A stretch of DNA of 64,000 bases from Felis catus (taxonomy: Eukaryota). The DNA lies in NCBI RefSeq assembly GCF_018350175.1, contig NC_058368.1:107386001-107450000 (forward strand), written 5' to 3'. Made by a program: the position numbers and the translations under genes. Positions within the stretch are counted from its first letter, which is position 1; every line of letters begins with the position of its first letter. Of the stretch, positions 37,136 to 49,900 are shown in pieces. The notes beneath the pieces are model-generated. The model was given only the letters and a program-made list of their open reading frames with translations. It searched no databases and had not been told where the DNA came from.

Positions 37136-37391
37136 TTTATTTTATTTTATTTTATTTTATTTTATTTTATTTTATTTTTCTTTATTTTAATTTTTAATAT
37201 GAAATTTATCGTTAAATTGGTTTCCGTACAACACCCAGTGCTTATCCCAACAGGTGCCTTCCTCAATACCCATCACCCACCCTCCCGTCCCTCCCAGCCC
37301 CCACCATCAACCCTCAGTTTGTTCTCAGTTTTTAAGAGTCTCTTATGTTTTGGCTCCCTCCCTCTCTAACCTGGTTTTTTTTTTTTTTTTT
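37136..37391 (-). mobile_element. Felid L1 3' end with (TTTTA)n tail
   Basis: AATATGAAATTTATCGTTAAATTGGTTTCCGTACAACACCCAGTG...CAACCCTCAGTTTGTTCTCAG; same family as 26867-26960. Confidence 0.9.
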
Positions 37392-38413
37392 AATTGAATT
37401 CAGCCTCATGATTCACTACTTGGAGGGACTGAAATGTATCTTCAAAAAAAATCTCAATGCTTAGAAAAGAGTTAGGTGATCTTTGATTACTCATGCTTCT
37501 TGCCACCCACTAAAAACATAAAATCATTGTGATTTGCAAATCATTAATTCACAAGTTTCCATTACTGCTGACTGATATGGTAAATATATATTAATGCAGA
37601 ACCATTGATTATTTAGGCAGACTGAGAAAAACTTGAAGAATTGGCATTTTGGAAAGAAAACACAATAAAACAAAATTAAATAAAACCTACATGAAAGAGA
37701 TAGGGCCAGAAGTTCTGTTTATATAATGAGGTATTTATAATGTTTTAATTGTGGGGATAAAAATCCTGCTTTATGTACTTTGGAAGCATGGTAGTGGTGA
37801 CAATGAATGTCGCTTAAGTTAATGTGACCTCATTTGGACATAAATGCTCTTACATTTGGGGTCATTTGTGTTTTATACTGAACATTGCAATAAATTCTGA
37901 GGGCATAGAGTTGTAGCACTGTTATTCCAGGAGAAATTCTGGCTGTGTTTAAAAATAGAGAATCTTTTAATATTGAACTTTTAAAACTCTTGAGTATTAT
38001 AAGTATTTTTTCTATCATAAATTAGTAATACAAAAATAGTTTTAAAAATGTTATAAACAATAAATATAAGGTAAAATTCATTTTACTGCCCTGACTGGTC
38101 ACAAATAAAAACAATTTCATAAAAGTGGATACAGGGGGAATACAAATTCCTATTAATTCTGATGAAAATGAACCTATACCATATGAAAGACCATATTTGA
38201 AAATTTGTTAGTCATCCTGTACTACTTTTGGCAGTATTCTCAATGCTCAACCTTAAAGTAGTGAAGGAGACAGAATGTCTGTGCTCCCATGGAGAGCTAC
38301 CATTCCAGGGAGGAAGAAGTATCCAAAGAAGAAACAAAAAAGGTAATCCATAATTGTGGATTTTACTTTTATGTTCTTAGAGAGCAAATGTCATATATAA
38401 AAAGTCTCAAGGA

Positions 38414-38617
38414 GGGGTGCCTGGGTGGCCACATTGGTTAAACGTCTGACTCTTGATTTCAGCTTAGGTCATGATCACATGATTAGAGAGATCCAGCCTC
38501 ATGTCAGGCTCCAGAACTCCATGCTAATCACGGAGCCTACCTAGGATTCTCTCTCCCTCTCGCCCCTTCTCCTGCTCACTTGCACACATGATCTCTCTTT
38601 CTCAAATAAATAAACTT
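38414..38617 (+). mobile_element. CanSINE with TSD
   Basis: TSD AAAAGTCTCAAGGA at 38400-38413 and 38618-38631. Confidence 0.95.
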
Positions 38618-39052
38618 AAAAGTCTCAAGGACATTTCCCTTTTATAATGACAACTGTATAATTTATTGCCTAAACAAGGGCACTAAGGTGCTAAAATAAT
38701 TGAAGTAATTTAGTTTTTAAATATTTGTTGACTGAGAAATTAGCTTTATTATCTGTATGAATTTATACAATATTTTTTCTCAAATTATTTTTAATTTTAA
38801 TTTTCTCAAAATGAAAATAACATGCATTTGTGTACATTAAAGCAAAATTTTTTTTGAATCATTGATTTTCTAACATTGAAATAGCACAATTTGAATGTTT
38901 AATTTTGGTACATATGCACATATTTTAATCACTTTTTAAACTTTATTTATAATACTGTATTACAGGTATTTTTCTGAAGGACCCTTTTTTCAACAGGTTT
39001 TATTTTTATTTTGCCAGATGATTCCAATACTTTAAAAAGTAATTTTATTATT

Positions 39053-39165
39053 GGTGTACCTAGCTGTGTCAGTCAGAGAGCATGAGACTCTTGATCTTAG
39101 AGCTATAAGTTTGAGCCCCATTTTGGGTACAGAGATTACTTAAAAAATAAAATATTAAAAAAACA
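39053..39165 (+). mobile_element. Short tRNA-monomer carnivore SINE (SINEC_old type)
   Basis: GAGCATGAGACTCTTGATCT...GTTTGAGCCCC...GGGTACAGAGATTACTTAAAAAATAAAAT. Confidence 0.85.
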
Positions 39166-39235
39166 ATTTTATAATTAGTAATTTTGAAACGTTTTATATT
39201 TTTAATGAACTCCTTCTCTAAAGACCATATTTTTT

Positions 39236-39453
39236 TTTAATTTTTTTTTCAACGTTTATTTATTTTTTGAGACAGAGAGAGACAGAGCATGAACGGGGGA
39301 GGGGCAGAGAGACAGGGAGACACAGAATCTGAAACAGGCTCCAGGCTCCGAGCCATCAGCCCAGAGCCTGACGCGGGGCTCGAACCCACGGACCGCAAGA
39401 TCATGACCTGGCTGAAGTCGGACGCTTAACCGACTGCGCCACCCACGTGCCCC
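39236..39453 (-). mobile_element. Young felid SINEC_Fc with TSD
   Basis: Near-consensus, CpG-rich; TSD AAGAC(C/T)ATATTTTTT at 39221 and 39454. Confidence 0.96.
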
Positions 39454-39969
39454 AAGACTATATTTTTTAAATAGAGAAAATATCCTTTCCTTGGTGAGTC
39501 ACCTGGAAACATCCAAGCAGGTTTTTCTCTAAATGGTAAATATTCTCAATTTTCATTCTGCCCCTATTGATATATATAAATATTTTAATCCATGTATTTT
39601 CCGGGTACGGCGTTTTTAGCCTCCTTTAGAAGTTTCTTTGATAAAACCTTTCTTTCTAAACCCCAAACTCATAAATTCTATTTAAAATCCTTTTGAATAT
39701 TTTACCATATTTGGATGCAAATCATAGGCCTTCACAATTTAATCCTCTAGTATAGAATGTAAATTTTTCCAATTAAAAATAGGCGTTCTGTCAAAAGATT
39801 CTTCCAACAAGTCATGATATCATACAATTCAATTGCAGAATTTCAGGAATAAGTCTTATAAACTGTTTGATATTTTAGCATTCAGTTTGTTCAGTTCCTC
39901 ACTTGTTCTGGAATAATTTTAACTATTTTCTGATTTGTAAATTTTGTCTTCATATTATTGATAGAAATC

Positions 39970-40150
39970 AAAATAGTGGTTGAGGACTGATAAAAGGAGT
40001 GAAAAGAAAATTTTGTGCAGTGATGGAACTATTCTATATCTCATTGGGGGTAATGGTTATACAAATTAATGCTTTGATTGAAACTCATCAAAATGTACTC
40101 TTAAGATCTGTGCATTTTACTGTAGGTAAATTTTATGATAAAAAATGAAA
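39970..40150 (+). mobile_element. Old L1 (L1ME/MC-type) 3' end
   Basis: GTGATGGAACTATTCTATATCT...AAACTCATCAAAATGTACTCTTAAGATCTGTGCATTTTACTGTA. Confidence 0.75.
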
Positions 40151-41734
40151 ATCAAAGCAAAACAAAAACCTAAGTGCTCATGTGAGGAGAGTGAAACAAA
40201 CCAAAGTAAGCTATGAAGTCCATTAGCATTCATAAAAATTAAAAATACGTATACATAATACAATAATACATGTTTTATAAAACACATATGAAACAAAAAA
40301 AAATCACTTAACAGTATAGAATGGTTGTTTGGTTGCAGAAGTTGAAGGAGGTGTAGAAATAGGGGGAAAGGGGGATAAAAAATTAAAATAAGAGTTTTCT
40401 TGCATTGTCCTTTGAGTAGTAACTTGTATACTAAAGTCCAAAATTTAAAGAAAAGAATGTTATTAGAATTGTGTGAATAATCTTTTTTAAAAGACATTTT
40501 ATAAACATGTTCACAATGAGAATTTGTCTCTGTTATTCTCATCTACTTGAGAGTAAAGTTTCATGAAACTTGGTCCATGAAAATTCTTCTCAGTGTAGTC
40601 AAAAGTAATGATACAATAATAAAATAACTGAAATGCACATGGCTGACTTTTTTTTTTTAGTAATAAAACAGAACAAAGGAAAAAAGGTCTGTGCCAAAGC
40701 ATTTGAACCCCATTTCTCTGTTTTTTACACATATTAAATACAGGTTATTGATTTGAAGAATATTTACACAAGCACGGTAGTCCATACGTGAAGACAAAAT
40801 TACAGTTCTTTAGGGCAGAGATGCCCAAGAATGCTCTCATCTTTAGATGGTATTCAGGTACTGTCTGAATTAAACATGGGTTTGTTGGTTCTATATTAAG
40901 GAAAATAGTGGATTTTAAACTACAGAGTCACTATCATAGGTTATAAAACACGACACTGCAAAATGCCAGCATATTAACTTTTATTATTCAGTCACTAGTT
41001 AGCATACACTTGTGGACATTTAGCTGAGAAGTATGAGAAAAATTATACTCTTTCTGACACACTGTTTACAGGCTTCATAATAGGGGTTTTGTAGTAGTAT
41101 GAAGTATTCTTATTTGTTTGTTTTCATTATTTTATAATGTGTCCTCAAAACAGCAAATATTATTGTAGTATGATTCTAGGTAAGCAAAACTTCTGTAGAA
41201 TTACTAAATGTTAGATTCAGAAACTAACCTGTAGGTTAGTCAGACCTTTACTCAAAACCTCTATTTGTTACTTGAGAATGGGTGTTGATACCATGCAGGT
41301 GATTTAGAGGGTCATTAATTTAACTTCTGTGATCAGTAACACTTTCTAAAAATCACACTCAGATTTCCTCCTACCTATAAGTATTTAAACAGGTTTGTAT
41401 AATTTTGTATGTTTAATTTGATTTTAACATATAATACAGATGCCATTTAAAATTTTTTTATAAATTGGCTACTTCAAATATTTTTGTTTAGTTTAATATG
41501 GAAAATAATTTTAAAGAAAAAATATTTGATTTAAGGGTACAAAACACCATATAATGGCATCTGGACTTCTCATTTGCAGGAATAGGTATTTATCCTTTAT
41601 AATAGGCATATATCCTTTAGAATAGGGAAATTTCATGTATGTTCTTTAGTACAGTATTAGAGTAAATTAGTAAAAAGAAAAATAGATTAATGTTACTCAG
41701 TACCCTATGCCTTTTTTTTTTGAAGTCTTCATTT

Positions 41735-42102
41735 TTAAAAATTTTTAAAAAATTTACATCCAAATTAGTTAGCATATACTACAACAATGATTTCAGGAGT
41801 AGATTCCTTAGTGCCCCTTACCTATTTAGCCATCCCCCCTCCCACAACCTCTCCAGTAACCCTCAGTTTGTTCTCCATATTTATGAGTCTCTTTTGTTTT
41901 GTCCCTCTCCCTGTTTTTATATTATTTTTGTTTCCCTTCCCTTATGTTCATCTGTTTTGTCTCTTAAAGTCTTCATATGAGTGAAGTCATATGACTTTTG
42001 TCTTTCTCTGACTAATTTCACTTAGCATAATACCCTCCAGTTCCATCCATGTAGTTGCAAATGGCAAGATTTCATTCTTTTACATTGGCGAATAATACCC
42101 CA

Positions 42103-42146
<44 letters not shown>

Positions 42147-42385
42147 CACATCTTCTTTATCCATTCATCCATTGATGGACATTTGGACTCTTTCCATACT
42201 TCGGCTATTATTGGTAGTGCTTCTATAAACATGGGGGTGCGTATGTCCCTTCAGAACAGCACACCTGTATGCCTTGTATAAATGCCTAGTAGTACAATTG
42301 CTGGGTTGTAGGGTAGTTCTATTTTCAGTTTTTTGAGGAACCTCCATACTGTTTTCCAGAGTGGCTGCACCAGCTTGCATTCCCA
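41735..42385 (-). mobile_element. Felid L1 3' fragment containing (GT)20
   Basis: Antisense L1 3'UTR/ORF2 end (ORF 42165-42386 [14 protein letters not shown]); (GT)20 at 42105-42144. Confidence 0.93.
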
Positions 42386-43114
42386 AAAATCTGTCAAATT
42401 ATTATAATAATTAGAAATGTCAAAATGTGGAGAATCTATATGACAATTTTATTTAAGCTTTAGAAGTACTATTGAAGCACATTTCCCCATTAAATGCGGA
42501 ATCAGGCAGAGGCCTTTGAAGTAAATTGTTTACATTGATTTGCAATCCCATAAGCCTTTATAGGGAGCTATCCTCTTTGAGTTTACAACCTTGCTTAATT
42601 CAGCAGAAAATTACTTTCCGCCTATTTCAGAGACCCACTTAGAGGACTTGCGCTCAATTAAGAGAATTCTGCCTGTGATGATGATGAAAGAGGGCCTGAG
42701 AACCCCTTTGATAACAAGACATACAATTATGTGTGTACACAGAATAGCCTTTGCTTATGGAGAGCTGATTGTATACTTCTGACTAAGGGGATGATAGAGG
42801 TGAAAAAGTATTCACCATGGGGCCTGGTACAGGATAGGCACCCAAATTACTATTCCTGTGAAACAGCAGTGAAGAAAGTGTTAACCTCCTCAAAACCTGT
42901 CATCTCTAGCGAAGGGGTATATAGAACTAAGATTCTTCCCGTGGTTAAGCAACTCTTAAATAGCAAACACTTTCTGGCCTTTCAAAAGATTGAATGCATC
43001 AGAGTACCTATAACACGTGAAATTAAAAAAAGGAAGTGAGCAGTATCTTAAGAATACCCTAAAGATAAGAAACATAGCTGTTATGAAACCAAATGTGCTA
43101 ATAGAGAAATTTTT

Positions 43115-43300
43115 AAATAATTTTTTGGTTTATTTTGAGAAAGAGAAAGCACGAGTGGGGAAGGGGCAAAGAGAAAGGGAGAGAGAGTATCCCAAGTAGG
43201 TTCCTACTGTGGAGCCTGACGTCGGGCTTGAATCCATGAACTGAGATATTGACCTGAGCTGAAATCAGATGCTTAACTAAATGAGCTACCTAGGCACCCC
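43115..43300 (-). mobile_element. CanSINE
   Basis: Reverse SINE ending TAGGCACCCC; TAGAGAAATTTTT on both flanks. Confidence 0.9.
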
Positions 43301-43519
43301 ACAGTAGAGAAATTTTTAAAGAGAATTAAAATCGTTCCTTAAAGTTTACCCAGAGAAGGGTAGTGTTTCATGATTAAGAAAAAAAGAAAATATACAAGGC
43401 TCTTCTGTTATAATGCTTATATTTTGTTGTGTACTCCCCATTCTGAAAAGTCATATTGTGAGTCAACTACATACTGAGATAAAGGAAGCATAGGGAGAGG
43501 TGATCACATTCCGCAGCAG

Positions 43520-43690
43520 ACAGTGACTGAGTCTCAATTCTAGCTCTGCTGTTTACTAACCTCTTAACTAGCAATATTAATAATTGCTTCATCACAGGGT
43601 GGTTGGGAAGGTTAAATAAGTTAATATATGTGTAGTACTTAGAACAGAATGTAGCAAATAATGAATACTATATATATGTTGACAATTATT
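43520..43690 (+). mobile_element. MIR fragment
   Basis: AATTCTAGCTCTGCTGTTTACTA...TCACAGGGTGGTTGGGAAGGTTAAATAAGTTAATATATGTG...ACTTAGAACAG. Confidence 0.7.
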
Positions 43691-44304
43691 AATATTTTAT
43701 TTTCACTTCATAAGCATGAATTTTCTGTAATCAGAGACTGCCAGCGCAAAGCAAAGAATGCTTGGTGTGCTAAGCACGTACATATTTTTGTTTATCCACT
43801 GGAATTTCTATCACATGTGAGAGGTCTTTTGCTTACTTGATGGAGTTGAGGGTCAAAGAAAAGAACTGGTTTGCATGAGGTCATGTCAGTCCTTGATTCA
43901 TTTGCTTTTAGAGCTTCTCTTTTTCTTCCCATAAGAAACATTCACTCTTTTATCTGCTGAGGATCATTTCCACCTTCTTGTAAGTACACACAATTTCCTT
44001 TGAAAATTTCCCTTCCCTGACAGGGATGTCAATCATATTCTATCAAACCTAACAAGGGTAATATGATCAGGGCCTGGCCAGACAACCAGTGTATTATCTA
44101 AATATTACAAAAGAAGGGCCAGCTTATCTCAATGTAGATATTAATATATAGAGCATACTTGGGGATCAGCAAGCTGGCATCATGTAAACCTGAGGCTGTC
44201 TGCAAATATGTCATCCCCCATCATCTTTTGCTCACATACGGAGGAGGGAATGAGGAAACACATAGAGGAAAGCAGAAGGGTTCACCTTGTGAGGGAGGTA
44301 CAGA

Positions 44305-44935
44305 AATGCAAAGACTACTAGAATATACAATTGGTAAAGGATCCAGTCTTCAATATATGATGTTGGGCAAACTGGATCCCTATGTTACACCACACACGAA
44401 ATCAACTCAGTTGTATTAAAATGAAAAGACAATTTGTAGAATGGTAGAGAAAGTTTGCTAATCGTGTATTTGGTAAGGACTTAATATCTAAAATATATTG
44501 GAATTCACACAGTTCGGTAGCAAAAAAAAAAAATTCTGATTTGAAAATGGGCAGAGGAACTGAATTTTTTCAAAGAAGAAATGAAAATGGCCAACAGGCA
44601 CATGAAAAGGTACTTAGCATCATTTGTCATCAACGAACTGGAAATCAAAAACACAATGAAATGTCACCTCATACATACCTGTTAATATGGCCATCTTCAA
44701 AAAGACAAGAACTGACAACTTTTGGTGAGGGTGTGGAGAAAAAAGGAATTCTTGTGCACTGATGGTGGGAATGTAAATAGGTGTATCTACTATGGAAGAG
44801 AGTATGGAGGTTCCTCAAAATTTTAAACTAGAACTACTATATGATACAGCATTGCTGTTTCTCAGTATTTAACAAAAGGAAGTAAAAACAGTATATCTGC
44901 ATTCCCATGTTCCTTGCAGCATTATTCACAACTAC
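44305..44935 (+). mobile_element. LINE-1 ORF2 3' fragment
   Basis: KLDPYVTPHTK; AAATGGCCAACAGGCACATGAAAAG...GATGGTGGGAATGTAAA...ATGGAGGTTCCTCAAAA. Confidence 0.85.
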
Positions 44936-45831
44936 CTGATGCTGTGCAATCCTCTATGCTGTGCAACATAATAATTTCTTGCATTAAAATATGCATTTCC
45001 TGGGATGAAACTTGGGGATGGGGGAAAGTACAAATTATCTTTCCTTCAAATTCCAGCATATAATTTTATCTTGCTGTTAGGCAGCATGCAACACTAGCTC
45101 TAAGTTGGTAATTAGGACCAAGGATAAAACCCCCATGCCGATTGCTAAGGTATAGAAAATACTCAACATTCCCTCACTTCAAAGCTTCCACTGATAAAAA
45201 TTTTGACTTTGATTTTTAGGCGATAGAATCCATAAGAGCAAAATGAATAGCCAGCCAGCTGGAGTTTTATGAGAGCTGGATTGTCAGAGAAGTCTGAGGG
45301 TGACATCCAGGGGCATTTTATTGCCCAATACCTATGTTGATTTTTAGGCCATAAAACTGGCAGCAAGAGCAACTGGACTGCTGACCTGGCATAGTCACCA
45401 GCATTGGAAGTTTTCCCAGCGCACTTTCAAGTGTGAGGGAGAGAGATGCTGCAGTGAGCACAGCCAGAGACAGCCAGATAGGCAGAATGAGAAACTTGCA
45501 CTAAGTGCAGAGTAAGAAAACTTTGCTGATTCTGCCCATCTGGATGGATATGAGCTAAGTTCTGGACTATAGTCACTACCACCAGTACCTTTTTCTCTAT
45601 TTGTGTTTTAGGTAGATTCATCACACTTTATGGAATCCTGAGAAACCATTTCCAAATCTGATCAGTCAGAGGTGCGAAATTTGAAATAGTGTAGAGGAAA
45701 TAGATATTACTGGACAATAACTGGATGTTATTGGATAGAAAACTAGATGTTATCCTTTGGTGAAGGGATAATTCCACTGTTGTTTATACATTGAAGAGTT
45801 CGTTGGAACATTTTTAAAATAAGTATGCCCT

Positions 45832-45967
45832 AAAGTCCTCACATGAGTGAAGTCATACGATACTTGTCTTTCTCTGACTAATTTCATTTAGCATAATACC
45901 CTCTAGTTCCATCCACGTAGTTACAAATGGCAAGATTTCATTCTTTTTGATTGCCGAGTAACACTCC

Positions 45968-46041
<74 letters not shown>

Positions 46042-47092
46042 ACATCTTCTTTATCCATTCATCCATCGATGGACATTTGGGGTCTTTCCATACTTTGGCT
46101 ATTGTTGATAGTGCTGCTATAAACGTTGGGGTGCATGTGCCCCTTCAAAACAGCATCCCTGTATCCCTTGGATAAATACCTACTAGAGCAATTGCTGGGT
46201 TGTAGGGTAGTTCTATTTTTAATTTTTCAAGGAAACTCCCCACTGTTTTCCAGAGTGGTTTCACCAGTTTGCATTCCCACCAGTGGTACAAAAGAGATCC
46301 TCTTTATCCGCATCCTCACCAACATCTGTTGTTGCCTGGGTTGTTAACGTTAGCCATTCTGACAGGTGTGAGGTGGTATCTCATTGTGGTTTTGATTTGT
46401 ATTTCCCTGATGATGATGAGTGATTTTGGGCATTGTTTCATGTGTTGATTGGCCATCTGGATGTCTTCTTTGGAGAAGTGTCTATTCATGTCTTTTGCCT
46501 ATTGCTTCACTAGATTATTTGTCTTTGGGTGTTGAGTTTGTTAAGTTCTTTATAGATTTTGGATACTAATCCTTTATCTGATATGTCGTTTGCACATGTC
46601 TTCTCCCATTCCATTGGTTGCCTTTTAGTTTTGCTGATTGTTTCCTATGCTGTGCAGAAGATTTTTATTTTCATGAGGTCCCAGTAGTTCATTTTTGTTT
46701 CTGTTTCCCTTGCCTCTGGAGACGAATTAAGTAAGAAGTTGCTGCAGCCAAGGCCAAAGAGGTTTTTGCCTGCTTTTTCCTCGAGGGTGTTGATGGCTTC
46801 CTGTCTTAGATTTAGGTCTTTCATCCATTTTGAGTTTATTTTTTTGTATGGCATAAGAAAGTGGTCCAGGTTCATTTTTCTACATGTCGTTGTCCAGTTT
46901 TCCCAGCACCACTTGCTGAAGAGACTATATTTATTCCATTGGATATTCTTTCCTGCTTTGTCAAACATTAGTGGGCCATATGTTTGTGGGCCCATTTCTG
47001 GGTTTTCTATTCTTTTCCATTGATCAGAGTATTCTTGTGCCAGTACCATACTGTCTTGATGATTACAGCTTTGTAATACAGCTTGAAGTCCG
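45832..47092 (-). mobile_element. Felid LINE-1 fragment (ORF2 C-terminus and part of 3'UTR)
   Basis: ORF 46645-47103: [51 protein letters not shown]; (GT)16(AT)18 at 45971-46038. Confidence 0.95.
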
Positions 47093-48665
47093 CAAAAGTG
47101 CATAGTTTAATAAATTTTGACATATGTATATACCTGTGAAATCACCACAATCAAGATAGTGAACGTATTCATCATCCCTCCTCAAATTTCCTTGTGTCTT
47201 TTATAATCCCTCCATCCTTACCTCCCTGTCCCTTGCTAGGTATAGATTTCTAGTTGACAGGTTTTTTTCCAGCACTTAGAAGATGTTATTTTACTATGAC
47301 TAGGCTCACATTGTTTCTGATAAATCTTTTGTCATCCTTGTCTTTATTCCTTTATATGTAATGTGTCTCCTTTTTTCTGGTCACTTTTAAGACTTTGAGC
47401 AATTTGATCATGACATGCTTTGGTGCAGTTTTTAAATAAGTGTCTTGCCTTTTGCATTTGGGGAATTTTTCATACTGTCCTCTCTAGTTTCCTCAAACTT
47501 GTAGAATTTTAGCCATTATTCTCCAATTTTTTTTTGGTACACTCTCTTTTCCTCTCCCTATGGAACTTTTAATTACACATCTACATTACTCTGTTTGAAG
47601 TTGTCTTATAGCTCAGTAATTCTCTCTTCATTATATTTTTAGCCTTTGATCTCTGTTTCATATTCTATAGTCTCTACTGCTAGGTCTTCAAGTTGATCAT
47701 TTATTTCTGCTATAATATCTAATCAGCCATGCAGAGGATTTTTCCATTTCTAACATAGCAATTTTAAGCTCCGGAATTTTGATTTGGACTCTTTTTAATA
47801 TTTTTTATATTTTCCATGTCTCTACTCAGCATACTCTATTATAATTCCCTTAACTTTCATGCATGTGGAATACAGTTGTAATAACCGATTTAGTGCCATT
47901 ACCCTTAATACCTTGTTCTGGTTTACGTTTGATTGGTAATTTCTCTCTTAATTTGGGGTTGTATTTCTTTTCCCATTCCTTTTTATTTTTTTGTTTTTTT
48001 TAACGTTTATTTATGTTTGATACAGAGAGAGACCGAGCATGAACGGAGGAGGGTCAGAGAGAGGGAGACACAGAATCTGAAACAGGCTCCAGGCTCTGAG
48101 CTGTCAGCACAGAGCCTGACGCGGGGCTCGAACTCACAGACCGGGAAATCATGACCTGAGCCGAAGTCGGCTGCTTAACCGACTGAGCCACCCAGGTGCC
48201 CCTCCCATTCCTTTTAAAATGGAATGCTAGATGTGGTAACTTTTACCTTCTTAGGTGCTGGACATTTTTGTCTTGATATAAGTATGATTGAACTTGTTCT
48301 GGGATGCAGTTATTTGGCAACAGTTCCTACTTGTGAGATTTTTTAGGTGAGTAACATAGCATCCGTTTAGGTCAGGCCTATTTAAAGCTACCTGGGTTTC
48401 CTCGGATTTCCAGCTCCAGCATCTCAAGTCAGGAAGTCTACTAGACTGTGTGTGGGCTTCCCCTCCCTGCTCCATTTTCTGAAACACTCAAGACAGTGGG
48501 CTATGGCGCTTGTAGGGCTAATTTTGCTTGTTTCTTGGCTGTGAGTGATCACTCTTTCCTTTTTTACTTAAAATTAAATGTCTTGAAAAATATTGTTGTA
48601 TGTATTTCATTGTTTATGTTAGGAGGTTAAGTCTGGTCCCTCCCATTCCATCTCAGTTGAAAGTA
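47093..48665 (-). mobile_element. Old L1M fragments (3' end plus ORF1/5' region)
   Basis: AAGTGCATAGTTTAATAAATTTTGACATATGTATATACC L1M 3' end, followed by T-rich antisense ORF1-like sequence. Confidence 0.65.
47985..48202 (-). mobile_element. CanSINE with TSD
   Basis: TSD TCCCATTCCTTTT at 47971-47983 and 48203-48215. Confidence 0.96.
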
Positions 48666-48889
48666 GAAATCAACTAAGACAATTTACAGCTAAGATAGGA
48701 GAGAATTTGCCATAGTAGGAAATTATGAAAATACTTGTTATTTGGTACATAATTAAAAAAACTGATCATTTGGAAAGAAAATGACCTGCATGTATATGGA
48801 AAATTATAACTGAATAATTATAACTGATTTGAATTAGTAGAGAACCTACAGACTACTTAAAAATTGGAAAACTTGACAAGTATTTGGTA

Positions 48890-49900
48890 AAACCTAGAGT
48901 TACCCATCTTCACCACTTAAGTCACAAAAAATGAATTCTAGTTGAATTAAGATTCTAAAATATAATAAACAAAAATTTTAAAGTTTTAAAAGGAAATAAT
49001 TGAGAATGATTTTGTGACTTTGGGTTATGTAAACCAAAATTATAAGCCCTAAATCTAGATTGATAAATTTGATTATATAAAAATTAAAAAGTCTCTGTTA
49101 CCAAAAACTCTACCATAAATAGTACTAGAAGGAAAATGCAGATAGGAAAGAGTACATATATAACAGACATTGGATTCATATTAAAATATATGAAGCGTTT
49201 ATGAAATGAAAATAACAGACTAATGGAAAATAAGGCAGGTAATATAAACACTAATTTACACAGCAGAAAATGCGTATGGTCAAGAAACATATGAAAACAG
49301 TCAAGTAATTGTTTTCACTTGGCTAAAGAGTTTAATATTAAATATGATAGACTTATGGGAAATAGGTAATCTCAAAAAATTTAAAAATTGTGTGTTTTAT
49401 TTCTTGTTATATATCCAGTTTTAATACACTTAAGAACAAGAAGGAATAACAAAGATTTTCATTAAATTGTTGTTTATTATTGTTAAAAAAACTGGAAACA
49501 ACCCCTATTTCTGTTAGTGGGAAATAATTAAACTACAAATCATGGTCTGTACACATTATGTCATACTATATGTCAGTTTTGAAAATGGCATGGAAAAGTT
49601 TCTGAGGGAATTGTGGTTGGAAGGGGGAAGAGGGAAGGAATCGCTTTTATAATAATACATGTAATAGGGAGTTTCTGCCAAAAATATAAACATACACATA
49701 CACACATTAACACTGTGTATTTCTGTAAATACTTGAGTGAATGTGTGTGTGTATATTTAAAACACAAAACAGCCTGGAAATATACTTATTAATCTGATAA
49801 CAGGGATTACCTGTGGTAGTCAAAGTGGATTTTACCTTAATCTATAATATTTCTTTTTTTTAACAATGAGAATGTGTTCTGTATTCCTTGTGTAATGGTA
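48890..49900 (+). mobile_element. Old L1M ORF2/3' fragment
   Basis: AATGAATTCTAG..GAATTAAGATTCTAAA...GATAAATTTGATTATATAAAAATTAAAAA...AAACTGGAAACAACCC. Confidence 0.65.

Noticed and set aside
46645..47103. 152-aa minus-strand ORF as a gene
   Set aside because: It is an L1 ORF2 C-terminal fragment
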